A DNA stretch of 64,000 nt from contig NZ_WSTC01000006.1 in NCBI RefSeq assembly GCF_009789195.1, positions 8,126-72,125 of the forward strand, given 5' to 3'. Shown one piece after another: positions 38,306-47,864 of this stretch (its first letter is position 1; each line of letters begins with the position of its first letter). This stretch comes from Paenibacillus sp. MMS18-CY102 (GTDB taxonomy: Bacteria > Bacillota > Bacilli > Paenibacillales > Paenibacillaceae). A model generated the notes under the pieces. The model was not told the DNA's origin. It made no database searches and worked only from the letters and a program-made list of their open reading frames with translations. The position numbers and the translations under genes are program-made.

Positions 38306-39013
38306 ATGGATTTCGAAACAGTTATGCAGGAGCTAGAGGCGCTAGGCAAGGAAAGGACCAAAAAAATATATGTATCCAACGGCGCGCATGAACCAGTGTT
38401 CGGCGTGGCTACTGGTGCGATGAAGCCGATCGCTAAGCAAATCAAAATCAATCAGCCTTTGGCTGAGCAGCTCTATGCTACAGGGAACTATGACGCCATG
38501 TACTTCGCCGGCATTATTGCTGATCCCAACGGAATGGCTGCAGCCGATTATGACCGTTGGCTGGATACGGCTTATTTTTATATGCTGTCGGATTATGTAG
38601 TTGCCGTCACCTTGGCTGAGGCGAATATTGCGCAGGAAGTAGCGGATCGCTGGATTGCAAGCGGCGAGGAGCTGAGAATGTCAGCGGGCTGGAGCTGTTA
38701 CTGCTGGATGCTGGGAAACCGCAAAGACAGTGAGTTTTCGGAGAGCAAGCTTGCCGGGATGCTTGAGCAGGCGGCTGATACGATCCACGCTGCACCCGAA
38801 CGGGCAAAATATGCAATGAACAATTTCATTTACACGGTTGGCGTATCGTATGTGCCGCTCCATGAGAAGGCCGTGGAGACCGCGAAGGCAGTTGGCCCGG
38901 TTGAGGTGAATAAGGATGCGAAGGCCAGCAAATGGCTGAACGCTTCGGACAACATCCAGAAAGCAATCGATAAAAACCAGATTGGTTTTAAGCGCAGGCA
39001 TGTAAGGTGTTAA
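38306..39013 (+). CDS. DNA alkylation repair enzyme (AlkC/AlkD-like HEAT-repeat glycosylase family)
   Basis: About 235 aa; helical-repeat composition and overall pattern resemble the DNA_alkylation family. Confidence 0.5.
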   Translation: MDFETVMQELEALGKERTKKIYVSNGAHEPVFGVATGAMKPIAKQIKINQPLAEQLYATGNYDAMYFAGIIADPNGMAAADYDRWLDTAYFYMLSDYVVAVTLAEANIAQEVADRWIASGEELRMSAGWSCYCWMLGNRKDSEFSESKLAGMLEQAADTIHAAPERAKYAMNNFIYTVGVSYVPLHEKAVETAKAVGPVEVNKDAKASKWLNASDNIQKAIDKNQIGFKRRHVRC

Positions 39014-39029
39014 ATGATCGGCATTTCAA

Positions 39030-39062
39030 CTCCCCTTGGGGAAGTTGGAATGCTTTTTTTGT
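39030..39062 (+). terminator. rho-independent terminator
   Basis: caactcccc-ttg-gggaagttg hairpin followed by T7. Confidence 0.45.
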
Positions 39063-39064
39063 TC

Positions 39065-39247
39065 TAACGGACTCAGGAGCCGTTATTATGCTGAAAAAGT
39101 AACGTTTGCGGCTGTAACGGATCCCAGCGCCGTTATTTGGCGTGTAAATGAACATTGGAGGCACATTTGAGTGAAATAGCGGCATCTGGGTCCGTTAGAT
39201 TTTGAATTCGTGTGTTTAGCGTCCAATAACGGCTCTGGAGTCCGTTA
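39065..39247. repeat. array of four TAACGG-N9-CCGTTA palindromic units (copy B of the about 190-bp element)
   Basis: Units at 39065-39085, 39115-39135, 39177-39197 (tagcgg variant) and 39227-39247. The unit order and spacing are colinear with copy A. Confidence 0.6.
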
Positions 39248-39569
39248 GGTTAGGTGGTTGCGGGCGATTAGGCCAGAATGCATCATGCTGTGCTGCATGA
39301 TACGAAGCAATATAATGCCAAGCAACATAATGCCAACAAGGTGCACAACGTACGCTGGGATGGGGGATTTCGCTGCGGGCGAATCGTCATCGGCGATAAG
39401 TGACAGCCCAGGGAATATCCGCACCGCGCCTGTCTCCTGGCGTGTGGTGCCATCGCGGCAGACTGTGCTGAGTCTTGGACCGGTGGCCTACCCATGCGGA
39501 TTGTCATAACCGACATGTGACCAAGCATAAACCATGTATAAGGGACTAATCTGTATACATGGGAGGGCC

Positions 39570-41045
39570 ATGATGCACGAAAACAATGGGAACGATGCGA
39601 ACGGTGCAATTGATGCGAACAACGCGTACAACACAAGCGACGCGCACAACACAAGCAATGCGCACAACACAAGCAACGCCGCGCACAATGCAAACCACGC
39701 AACTCGCGCGGACAAGTGGGCGGGGGATCGGCCGGCGGCCTTTCATTCGCAGACAGTAGGTGACCGGGGGCCAGTAGTGGAGCAGGATTCGGTGCTGCAC
39801 GAAACGCTGGAGGAATTTATTTCTGCCAAACCAATCGAGAGGCCGGTGCATGTGAAGGGTGCAGGAGCTTTCGGATACTTCCAGGCGACGCATGCCATGA
39901 CGGAGTTTACGAAGCTGTGTTTCCTGCAACATCCGGGCCAGCAAGTTCCGGTCACGGTCCGCTTCTCGCTTGCTGTGAGCAATAGAGGAACGCCGGACAC
40001 GTCGCGGAACGTGCGAGGCTTCTCCACGAAATTTTATACGCCGCATGGCGTGTTCGATTTGCTGTGCAATCATATTCCCGTATTCTCCGTGCGGGATGCG
40101 ATTCGCTTCCCTGAGTCGATCAAGGCATTCCTGCCTTCGCCAAGAAACAACCTGCTTGATCCCGAAAGGTTCTGGAGCTTCGTGGCGAGAGCGCCGGAAT
40201 CGACGAACTTCCTCGTGTGGCTATACTCTGATGTCGGTACAGTAAAGAGCTTCCGCCACATTCGGGGACATGGCGTGAACACCTACGTTTGGCGGAATGC
40301 GCAAGGCGTTCGCCGATATGTCAAATATCACTGGATGCCGCTGGCTGGCGTGCAGTATATCGATCGGCAGGAGGCTGCACGGTTGGCCGGCGAGAATCCG
40401 GACATTGCGGCCAAGGATCTCTATGATACGCTAGCGACAGGAAAGACTGTTGAATATGGGCTTTATGTGCAGTTGATGAACCCTGAGGACGAAGCAACGC
40501 TGCCGTTCGACCCGTTGGATGATACGAAAATTTGGGACGAACAGAAATATCCGATGCAGCCCGTTGGCCGGCTCGTATTAAACCGCAATCCAGAAAACTA
40601 TATGGAGCAGGTGGAGAAAATCGCATTCTCGCCGTCTAACTTACTGGAAGGCGCGGAATTGTCGGATGATAAAATGCTGCAGGGCCGTGCTAATATTTAC
40701 TCGGATTCGCAGCGCAGGCGGCTGGGGCCAGAGTTTCGCAAAATCCCGATCAACCACCAGAAAGATTGGACGCCTGCCTCGCAGGTAACGAGCGGAAGCG
40801 GCCAATTCGTGGAGGGGCGGCTCATTCGGTACCATACCAATAAACCGGATAATTTTACGCAAGCAGGCGAATTTTATCGCTCGCTCTCGCCCGCGCAGCA
40901 GGAGAACCTGGTAGGCAATCTTGCTGGAGACTTGGCGGGCATATCGCATGAAACGCAAAGCATTGTACTCAGTTATTTGGCGCTTGCTTCGCCGGAGCTG
41001 GGAGAGCGGGTTACCCGGCAAATCGGCCTGCAAGCGAAGAGGTAA
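39570..41045 (+). CDS. katA: monofunctional heme catalase with Asn/His/Ala-rich N-terminal repeat extension
   Basis: Catalase core VHVKGAGAFGYFQATH, RERIPERVVHA-like region and the FDRERIPERVVH-equivalent segments. Start ATG at 39570 after a GGGAGG RBS. The N-terminal approximately 60 aa (YNTSDAHNTSNAHNTSNAAHNANH) is encoded by 18-bp tandem repeats. Confidence 0.85.
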   Translation: MMHENNGNDANGAIDANNAYNTSDAHNTSNAHNTSNAAHNANHATRADKWAGDRPAAFHSQTVGDRGPVVEQDSVLHETLEEFISAKPIERPVHVKGAGAFGYFQATHAMTEFTKLCFLQHPGQQVPVTVRFSLAVSNRGTPDTSRNVRGFSTKFYTPHGVFDLLCNHIPVFSVRDAIRFPESIKAFLPSPRNNLLDPERFWSFVARAPESTNFLVWLYSDVGTVKSFRHIRGHGVNTYVWRNAQGVRRYVKYHWMPLAGVQYIDRQEAARLAGENPDIAAKDLYDTLATGKTVEYGLYVQLMNPEDEATLPFDPLDDTKIWDEQKYPMQPVGRLVLNRNPENYMEQVEKIAFSPSNLLEGAELSDDKMLQGRANIYSDSQRRRLGPEFRKIPINHQKDWTPASQVTSGSGQFVEGRLIRYHTNKPDNFTQAGEFYRSLSPAQQENLVGNLAGDLAGISHETQSIVLSYLALASPELGERVTRQIGLQAKR

Positions 41046-41112
41046 TTGAGGCATCCGGGCGGGAGAAGGAACGAAACCTAATGGCGATGGGTGATCAACG
41101 AATGGGCAGGCA

Positions 41113-41150
41113 GTGGGCGGACACTTTGCGAAAAGTGACCGCTTTTTTTA
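41113..41150 (+). terminator. rho-independent terminator after catalase
   Basis: gcggacactttgcgaaaagtgaccgc followed by T7. Confidence 0.5.
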
Positions 41151-41228
41151 AAAAATATGTCATAATAGTTGAAATGATAGAGACTCCTTAATGGAAAAGG
41201 CAGTTTTATAGAGAGGAGCTTAGTTGGC

Positions 41229-41690
41229 ATGATACATGTTCAGAAGGCAGGATTGGAGCATATTGCGCAGATGTGTGAGCTGCTAACGGAACTATTCCGT
41301 TTAGAGAAAGATTTTACGCATAGCAATCAGGTTGACAAATACAAGGCCGGACTAGAGATGATTATTCGCCACCCGGATATGGGCCAGCTGTTCGTGTTGC
41401 TAAATGGAGATAGCGTAATCGGCATGGCGAATCTGCTCTTTACGATTAGTACGGCAGAAGGAGGCAGAGTCATTACGTTAGAAGATTATATTCTAGCTGC
41501 GAGCGAGCGCGGCAAAGGCTACGGTTCATATTTTATGCAAGAGCTTGTCCAATACGGGCGGGATCATGGCTTCCTGCGAATGACATTGCTAGTGGATATA
41601 GATAACGAGGGGGCACAGCGTTTTTATGCAGGAGAGGGCTATCAGCCCTCTAATATGAAGTGTATGCGTTTAAACTTGGATGATCATTAA
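41229..41690 (+). CDS. GNAT-family N-acetyltransferase
   Basis: SERGKGYGSYFMQELVQYGRDHGF acetyl-CoA-binding motif. Confidence 0.6.
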   Translation: MIHVQKAGLEHIAQMCELLTELFRLEKDFTHSNQVDKYKAGLEMIIRHPDMGQLFVLLNGDSVIGMANLLFTISTAEGGRVITLEDYILAASERGKGYGSYFMQELVQYGRDHGFLRMTLLVDIDNEGAQRFYAGEGYQPSNMKCMRLNLDDH

Positions 41691-41718
41691 CTGAAAAAAT
41701 TAACGTAGAAGCGGGCAC

Positions 41719-41765
41719 TTTCACTTTGTGATAAGTGCTCGCTATTTTTCTTGAGTATGTAATAA
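41719..41765 (+). terminator. rho-independent terminator
   Basis: agcgggcactt...aagtgctcgct followed by attttt. Confidence 0.45.
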
Positions 41766-42099
41766 TGGAAAAAAATGATGATAGTTAGTGAAGTAGGTAG
41801 GTTTATAGGAGGATTCTGAGCTGATTTCGTGAATTTATTAGTTGATTCGACATATTTCCAGATAGTATGACAATATTCGCTAATGATTTATTTTATAATG
41901 TAATGGTATACTTTTCTATGTAAATGCTTCCAATAGTAGATCGGGATTAGGTCATAGGGGCTAATTTGATGTCCAACCCACATCATTTTTTTTCGCCCTA
42001 TTAAGCAAACGTTTGCACAACATATTGCACAAGCTTATTCTGTACGAAACCAGAAAAAAGAGGGTCTTATTTCAATCGATTATTGCAAGGAGGAAGGCT

Positions 42100-42798
42100 G
42101 TGAAGGGTCAGTTAATCATCTTCGAAGGAACTTGCTGCACGGGTAAAACTACGGTTTTACATCCGGTATGTAAAGAATTTCCGCATGTCATAAAGTACGA
42201 AGAATCGATCCACATGACCGAAAACCCGCTTCCGCCCCCATCCAATCGGATGGAAGCGATCAGAAATGATAAATATTACCTTTCAATTGACGAACAAAGG
42301 TGGGGAAAGGCAATACAGTCTACCCATAATGGGCACCATGTGATCGCAGAACGTTGTGTAATTGGTACGCTTTCAATTTGTTATGGTTACCATAATATTT
42401 TTAGATCATTTCCCCAAGCGGCCAATTTTTTAATTGAAAGCCTCGCTTCAGGCTGGTTCGCCGCACCAAGCGCTTATATATGGTTTAAAGCGGATGCGGA
42501 GGTTATTAAAGAACGGCTAAGCGGGAAGAACTCCAGAAAGCATTTAATAGGGGAAGGGTGGACGAACCCAGAAGCTTTGGAGCGCCAAAATCAATTTTTA
42601 GAGCATTTCTTTTCGCAGACCCAAACTCCGGTTTTTGTGGTGGACAGCAATGAAACAATAAGCAGACGTTTGGAAGTCGTATCTTCCTATATTAAATCGA
42701 TCTTGGAACAGCCTAAGATCGAGCATTATGAAAGCAGTCGCTTACATAGTGAGAAGATTATCTCTTTTATTAAACAGAGTGTGAGGCATTTGGAATAA
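42100..42798 (+). CDS. P-loop nucleoside/nucleotide-kinase-like protein (dNK/dTMP-kinase fold)
   Basis: Walker A IIFEGTCCTGKTT close to the N-terminus. Probable GTG start at 42100 after an AGGAGG RBS; the track ORF starts at 42013. Confidence 0.5.
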   Translation: MKGQLIIFEGTCCTGKTTVLHPVCKEFPHVIKYEESIHMTENPLPPPSNRMEAIRNDKYYLSIDEQRWGKAIQSTHNGHHVIAERCVIGTLSICYGYHNIFRSFPQAANFLIESLASGWFAAPSAYIWFKADAEVIKERLSGKNSRKHLIGEGWTNPEALERQNQFLEHFFSQTQTPVFVVDSNETISRRLEVVSSYIKSILEQPKIEHYESSRLHSEKIISFIKQSVRHLE

Positions 42799-42827
42799 GA
42801 AGAACGGGCAATGAAGAGAACAAACGG

Positions 42828-44423
42828 TTGGTGGTGACGGACATACATTTCTTGGCATTAAAGGATGCATACGACACCTCGTTAGTCGGGGGCAAGGCAG
42901 GTATGCTGGGAAGGCTGATTCGAGCGGGCGTACCGGTACCTGATGGATGGGTGATTTCTACTCAATATTTGGTCAGTTTTTTAACGGGATCGGGATTTCT
43001 TCCAGGGGACTATTCTGGCTTGGTCCAGCTGAATTCCGAGTGTGTGGGCAAAGCTCGAACTATCATACAAACTAGTGCCTGGACGGAAGAACAATTGCAG
43101 GAACTATACCAGCTCTTTAAAAAAATTGAGTTGCCCATGTGCTTGCGGTCATCAGCTGTTTCGGAAGATGGGGAGTATGGAAGCTACGCAGGCATCTATC
43201 GGTCTGAGCTAAATATACGAACCTTTGGGGAGTTTCTGGAGGCTATAAGGGAAGTTTGGTTCAGTGCATTCGATGGCCAAGCCATTACCTACCTCCAAGG
43301 GATAAAACATGCACTGCCTTTAATGGCAATCATCATTCAGCCGCTTAGTGGCGTGTCGTGCGCAGGTGTAGCCATATTGGAAAATGGCCATCTGCAAATA
43401 TCGGCGGCATTTGGTCTCGGATTAGGCGTTGTTTCCGGAAGAGTGCCATCGGATAGTTACAACTTGTATCCTAATGATGCTCACCCCGAAATCATCGTGG
43501 GATACAAAAATGCATGTTATCTCGCTAATCCAGATTCGGGCTTCATTACGGAGCAAGATTCCATCTTGTATCCACCGAAGCAAACCCTGTTGCAGGTAAT
43601 GGAGACGGACGATCGGCATGCGATTGTGAAGTGCCGCATCGAAGATGGGATGGCTTCTGAACGAGTACTGGATGAGAGCAGGCTGGGCAATCTTGTACAA
43701 AGGATCAAGAAGGTCGCCTGCGATGTCCTCCAGGGTGGGTCATGGGATTTTGAGTGGTTCTTCGATATCTCGGGACGGCTCTATTTTACACAGGCGAGAC
43801 CCCTTACCGTGTCTTTCATTACATATGCGGAACAAATGGACCGCAGTGGATCTTATCTGAAAGGGCAGCCAATTGCACCTGGAACGGGAACGGGAAGAGC
43901 GACTTTCATTCGAACGGATGCTGATTTGGCAAATGTTTTGGAAGGGGACGTTCTAGTCATGGCATATATCCCGGACTATTACATGGGCGTTCTGTCCAAA
44001 GCTTCGGGAGTAATTCTTAAGGAAAGCTCCTCACTTAGCCATTGTGCGATCGTTGCGAGAGAGTGGAAGATTCCATGTGTCGGCGGGATATCTCCGGAGA
44101 GTATTTCTCCAAAGTGCATATATACCGTGAACGGCTGGACAGGAGAAGTCAGCATAGAAGAGATAGCGAACGCGAGAGGGCTTCACGAGATTGCATCACC
44201 AGGTATTAACCTGCTGCCGTGGCTGATTGCATCTTCCGTTTTAATTTTTAATAACCCTGCGAGGCAAAGGCCTGTTCAAAATATGCTTATGCCGCTGTAC
44301 CGAGAACGGAGCCAGCCTGACTATGGAACCATTACCCCTTTTTTGGACAACAGAACGGAACATGGACGTATATGTTCGGCGTTGCTATCGCATCTGTCGG
44401 CTGCAGGAAAGGAGCATCAGTAA
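42828..44423 (+). CDS. PEP-synthase/pyruvate-phosphate-dikinase-like phosphotransferase (ATP-grasp-type N-domain + phosphohistidine swivel domain, no PEP-binding barrel)
   Basis: N-terminal LVGGKAGMLGRLIRAGVPVPDGWVIS (PPDK_N-like). C-terminal mobile domain GVILKESSSLSHCAIVAREWKIPCVGG with the conserved phospho-His. Confidence 0.6.
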   Translation: MVVTDIHFLALKDAYDTSLVGGKAGMLGRLIRAGVPVPDGWVISTQYLVSFLTGSGFLPGDYSGLVQLNSECVGKARTIIQTSAWTEEQLQELYQLFKKIELPMCLRSSAVSEDGEYGSYAGIYRSELNIRTFGEFLEAIREVWFSAFDGQAITYLQGIKHALPLMAIIIQPLSGVSCAGVAILENGHLQISAAFGLGLGVVSGRVPSDSYNLYPNDAHPEIIVGYKNACYLANPDSGFITEQDSILYPPKQTLLQVMETDDRHAIVKCRIEDGMASERVLDESRLGNLVQRIKKVACDVLQGGSWDFEWFFDISGRLYFTQARPLTVSFITYAEQMDRSGSYLKGQPIAPGTGTGRATFIRTDADLANVLEGDVLVMAYIPDYYMGVLSKASGVILKESSSLSHCAIVAREWKIPCVGGISPESISPKCIYTVNGWTGEVSIEEIANARGLHEIASPGINLLPWLIASSVLIFNNPARQRPVQNMLMPLYRERSQPDYGTITPFLDNRTEHGRICSALLSHLSAAGKEHQ

Positions 44424-45472
44424 TGGGCTGGTCGTTCAGGGAGGATTCCGTAATCGTTGAAGAAGAATACAGAAGCCGGTTTTGTTGCGAGTTGTATCAA
44501 GCGGGGACTAATAACGTGCCTAATCTTTTCTTTCAACAAAATGAACCTTACGGAGAATGCATCAGTTACCGGTCGCTGGTTATTCCTAAGGACCGATATA
44601 TGAGTGTTTCCGGTGAGTTGAGGAACCTTATTAAATCGGATTTGGCTTACAAAAGAGAGCTTCATTCGATTACGTGGAGTACGCTGAAGAAATTTTCTAA
44701 AATGGCCTACGCCTTGGAGAGAGGCGTAAAATCAGAGACGGTGACCCCTGAATTTTTGGATTATGCTGTGCGTATATGTGGGGAGACATTAGGGTTGTGT
44801 GAGTTTAACGGCGCATTGCCAGTCACATGGTATCGCTCCAAGCTTGAGGAAATCAGTGCGATGGGACCTCATAACATTGAATTAGAACATTTTTATTACT
44901 CAGAAGTCATGCCTCACCGGCTGCTGGTGCGCATGGGAAAACTATTGCTCTTGAAGGAATACTTTTCTCACAATGGCCAAGTATCTGGGGATGCCATCGA
45001 GCATTTCATCCGAAGGTTTGGGCTACATGATCCAGAGTGGTCCGATCCATTGGCTTTGAGGCAGTGGCAGAGAAAAGAATATATCGTTCGGGAGATTCAA
45101 ACTATGGCTAAGCAAATGTCGATGGAGATGGTTAAGTTCGAGCTTGATCAGCTAATAAGCAATCGAATCGACAGCACAATCAGATATCGGCAGAAGCTGG
45201 CACAAGTCGCTGAAAATATGCTGGCCAACGATAGGAGCAAGGCAGAAATCTATAATTTTATTAGCGCGTTGGCCGTCGTCTCTTTAGCGACTACGGAAGA
45301 GGAGTATCGGCATATTATTCAAGACCATTTTTGGCGAAGTATCGGACAAATCGCTAGAGCGCTTGATCTGCCTACCGCAGTCATTTCCCGTGAAGATTTG
45401 TTGAGTTCGTTTGCGAAGCGAAGGAGAACGGCGTTTCATTTCTCGCGTAACCCTCGAATGGAGTGTGTGTAG
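44423..45472 (+). CDS. hypothetical protein (349 aa), translationally coupled to the upstream phosphotransferase
   Basis: ATG overlaps the upstream stop; AGGAAAGGAG RBS. No motif recognised. Confidence 0.4.
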   Translation: MGWSFREDSVIVEEEYRSRFCCELYQAGTNNVPNLFFQQNEPYGECISYRSLVIPKDRYMSVSGELRNLIKSDLAYKRELHSITWSTLKKFSKMAYALERGVKSETVTPEFLDYAVRICGETLGLCEFNGALPVTWYRSKLEEISAMGPHNIELEHFYYSEVMPHRLLVRMGKLLLLKEYFSHNGQVSGDAIEHFIRRFGLHDPEWSDPLALRQWQRKEYIVREIQTMAKQMSMEMVKFELDQLISNRIDSTIRYRQKLAQVAENMLANDRSKAEIYNFISALAVVSLATTEEEYRHIIQDHFWRSIGQIARALDLPTAVISREDLLSSFAKRRRTAFHFSRNPRMECV

Positions 45473-46471
45473 ATGAGCAAAGTATTAGTCGTCGGTGGAG
45501 CCGGTTATATTGGCTCAGTTTTGTTGGAGCAACTAGTGGAGCAAAACTATGAAGTTACCATTGTGGATACTTTTTTGTATGGCAAAACGGCTATTCCCAA
45601 AGCATGTGTGACTGTGCAGTCCGATATGAAGCATCTGGATCCGAATATCATGCGGGATCATGAGGCGGTTATTAATTTAGGAGGCTTTTCGAATGATCCG
45701 ACAGCTAACTACAATCCCGAAACGAATTGGGAGTTAAACACCCATTGTGCTGTCGCATTAGCTGAAATGTGCAGGAGCCAGGGGATACCGAAATATATTT
45801 TGGCAAGTTCCTGTTCGTTATATGACCGTCAAAACCTGGACAGTGATTCGGATGAGTTGTTGTCGGAGACCAGCCGGATTCAACCGGTCGGCCATTATTC
45901 GCAATCGAAATTCGCAGCGGAGAACAGCATTAACCGTTTGCGAACGGCCGAATTTACGCCCATCATCCTGAGGAAAGGGACAGTGTTTGGGCTTTCGCCG
46001 CGCATGAGGTTTGATCTTGTGGTGAACACGATGATCAAAGATGCCATTGTAAAGGGCAAAATCTGCTTGCACAAAGGGGGCGAAATGTGGCGCCCAATGA
46101 TCGAGGTAAAAGATGTTGCCCATGCGTATATCCGAGCACTTCAAACCAATATTGGGCTAGAAGATAATATTTTTAATATAAGTTATAAGAATTTTCGGAT
46201 TTCTGAAGTAGGTCTTCGAGTCATTAACGAATTGAAACGGCAAGGATGCGAATGCGAGATCGAAATGGACTATTCCCTCGAAACGACACGCAATTATCGG
46301 GTTAATAACAGCAAAGCTAGGGAAGTTCTTGGTTTCTCGCCTTCTATTGAAATCGAACAGGCCGTCGCGGACATCTATCAAAAATATAAAGCGAATTTTG
46401 AAGAACTGATGCATCCGAGACAATACAATATCGAGTGGATGAAATTGGTCAGTCTCGTAAAATCTTCGTAA
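45473..46471 (+). CDS. NAD-dependent epimerase/dehydratase (extended SDR; nucleotide-sugar 4-epimerase/4,6-dehydratase-like)
   Basis: N-terminal VLVVGGAGYIGSVLLEQL Rossmann motif and a YxxxK-type active-site region (YSQSK). Confidence 0.7.
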   Translation: MSKVLVVGGAGYIGSVLLEQLVEQNYEVTIVDTFLYGKTAIPKACVTVQSDMKHLDPNIMRDHEAVINLGGFSNDPTANYNPETNWELNTHCAVALAEMCRSQGIPKYILASSCSLYDRQNLDSDSDELLSETSRIQPVGHYSQSKFAAENSINRLRTAEFTPIILRKGTVFGLSPRMRFDLVVNTMIKDAIVKGKICLHKGGEMWRPMIEVKDVAHAYIRALQTNIGLEDNIFNISYKNFRISEVGLRVINELKRQGCECEIEMDYSLETTRNYRVNNSKAREVLGFSPSIEIEQAVADIYQKYKANFEELMHPRQYNIEWMKLVSLVKSS

Positions 46472-46487
46472 TAGGAGAGAGGGCATT

Positions 46488-46994
46488 ATGGATCACATGA
46501 CATTCGAAAATAAAGCATTATATAAACAAAAACCGAATCATGCCACCATACAAGGGGTGAAGTTTAAAGAACTGGCCGCCCGAACGGATAACCGAGGCTG
46601 GCTAACGGAACTGTTGAGGGAAGATTCAGAGGATTATATTCCTTTTGGGCAACTTTATCTCGTTAACAATTATCAGGCTAATGTTATTCGCGCATTTCAT
46701 ATGCATTTTGAACAAGATGAGGTGTTTTTCGTTACAAACGGCGTGATTCAATTCATTCTTGTGGACGAACGGGCAGAGAGTCCCACGTATAAGCATTTGA
46801 ATAGTTTTGTGATGGATGCAAGCCGGCCAATGGCTCTATGGGTGCCAAGAGGAATTCAGCACGGTTCAATGGCTTTGATGAATGGATCACAAATTACAGC
46901 AGTTACAACGCAGCCTTACAATGCTGAAAAGCCGGATGAGTTGAGGAGGCCATCTGATTATTATGGGCAAATATGGGGGCTAGGCGGATGGTGA
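46488..46994 (+). CDS. cupin-fold nucleotide-sugar epimerase/ketoisomerase (RmlC/FdtA/WxcM-like)
   Basis: QLYLVNNYQANVIRAFHMH and a cupin barrel; size (168 aa) fits the dTDP-sugar 3,5-epimerase / 3,4-ketoisomerase families. Confidence 0.5.
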   Translation: MDHMTFENKALYKQKPNHATIQGVKFKELAARTDNRGWLTELLREDSEDYIPFGQLYLVNNYQANVIRAFHMHFEQDEVFFVTNGVIQFILVDERAESPTYKHLNSFVMDASRPMALWVPRGIQHGSMALMNGSQITAVTTQPYNAEKPDELRRPSDYYGQIWGLGGW

Positions 46995-47851
46995 AAAAAA
47001 TTGCGATTCTTGGAGCAGCCGGAATGCTTGGAAAAGCGTTTGCCCAGAGGCTTGAACCTGGAAAATTTCATGTGACGGCGTTGGCTAAAAACCAATTGGA
47101 TGTAACGGATGCAATAGCTGTTGCGGATGCCCTGCGATCACTAAAGCCCGACTTGGTGATCAACGTGTCCGCTTTTATGAATGCTGACCGCTGCGAGAAA
47201 TTCCCGGAAAAAGCATTTCTCGTGAATGCGTTGGGCGCAAGAAACGTTTCAAATATATGTGAGGAAATTAAAGCGGCGCATCTTTGGTTCAGTTCCGATT
47301 TTGTATTCGATGGTTATACCAACAAGCCATACAGTGAGCATGATGGGACAAACCCGTTATCGGTCTATGGCATGACCAAATTAAACGGCGAGACTGCGAT
47401 TAAGAATCATTGTTCCAGGCATTTTATTATCAGAACGTCCTCGCTGTACGGTGTCCAAGGGAGTAATTTCATTGAACGAATGCTGGAGCGCGTTCAGCAA
47501 GGATTGAACGTCGAAGTTGTGGATGATTTGTTTATTTCACCAACCTATGTCGAGGACTTGGTTCGCATCTCCATTGATATTTGGGAGCAGGGTTTAAGCT
47601 ACGGCACCTACCACGCAGCCAATGAAGGCGTGACATCCTGGCATGGCCTTTTAGAGGAAGTTTTTCGTTTCTTGGATCTAAAGCAGAGAATCGAGCCTAT
47701 TTCAATAAGCCAACGTGTTAACGATTTGAATCTTGCGCGAAGACCGATTTATTCGGCACTCAGCAGCAAAAAGCTGAGTGAAGCAGGCATTGCAAACGCC
47801 AGTTGGCAGGAAAGTGTCGGCCGGTATTTGATCGCCAGAAATTATAGATGA
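46988..47851 (+). CDS. dTDP-4-dehydrorhamnose-reductase-like (RmlD-type SDR)
   Basis: KKIAILGAAGMLGKAF N-terminus and RmlD-like length. The start overlaps the upstream gene. Confidence 0.6.
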   Translation: MVKKIAILGAAGMLGKAFAQRLEPGKFHVTALAKNQLDVTDAIAVADALRSLKPDLVINVSAFMNADRCEKFPEKAFLVNALGARNVSNICEEIKAAHLWFSSDFVFDGYTNKPYSEHDGTNPLSVYGMTKLNGETAIKNHCSRHFIIRTSSLYGVQGSNFIERMLERVQQGLNVEVVDDLFISPTYVEDLVRISIDIWEQGLSYGTYHAANEGVTSWHGLLEEVFRFLDLKQRIEPISISQRVNDLNLARRPIYSALSSKKLSEAGIANASWQESVGRYLIARNYR

Positions 47852-47864
47852 AGGATGGTGCCGC

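Noticed and set aside
39283-40073. Minus-strand ORFs of 139 and 175 aa rich in Cys/His/Arg, opposite the catalase 5' region
   Set aside because: They are generated by the reverse complement of the 18-bp tandem repeats and a GC-rich coding strand. There is no start context, and the opposite strand encodes a confident catalase.
41086-41157. 23-codon ORF (MAMGDQRMGRQWADTLRKVTAFF) after the catalase gene
   Set aside because: It overlaps the terminator hairpin of the catalase gene and is most likely fortuitous.
42013-42099. Longer N-terminus (MHNILHKLILYETRKK...) for the P-loop kinase
   Set aside because: There is no RBS before 42013. A GTG at 42100 follows AGGAGG at ideal spacing and places the Walker A near the N-terminus, as in dNK/TMPK-type kinases.
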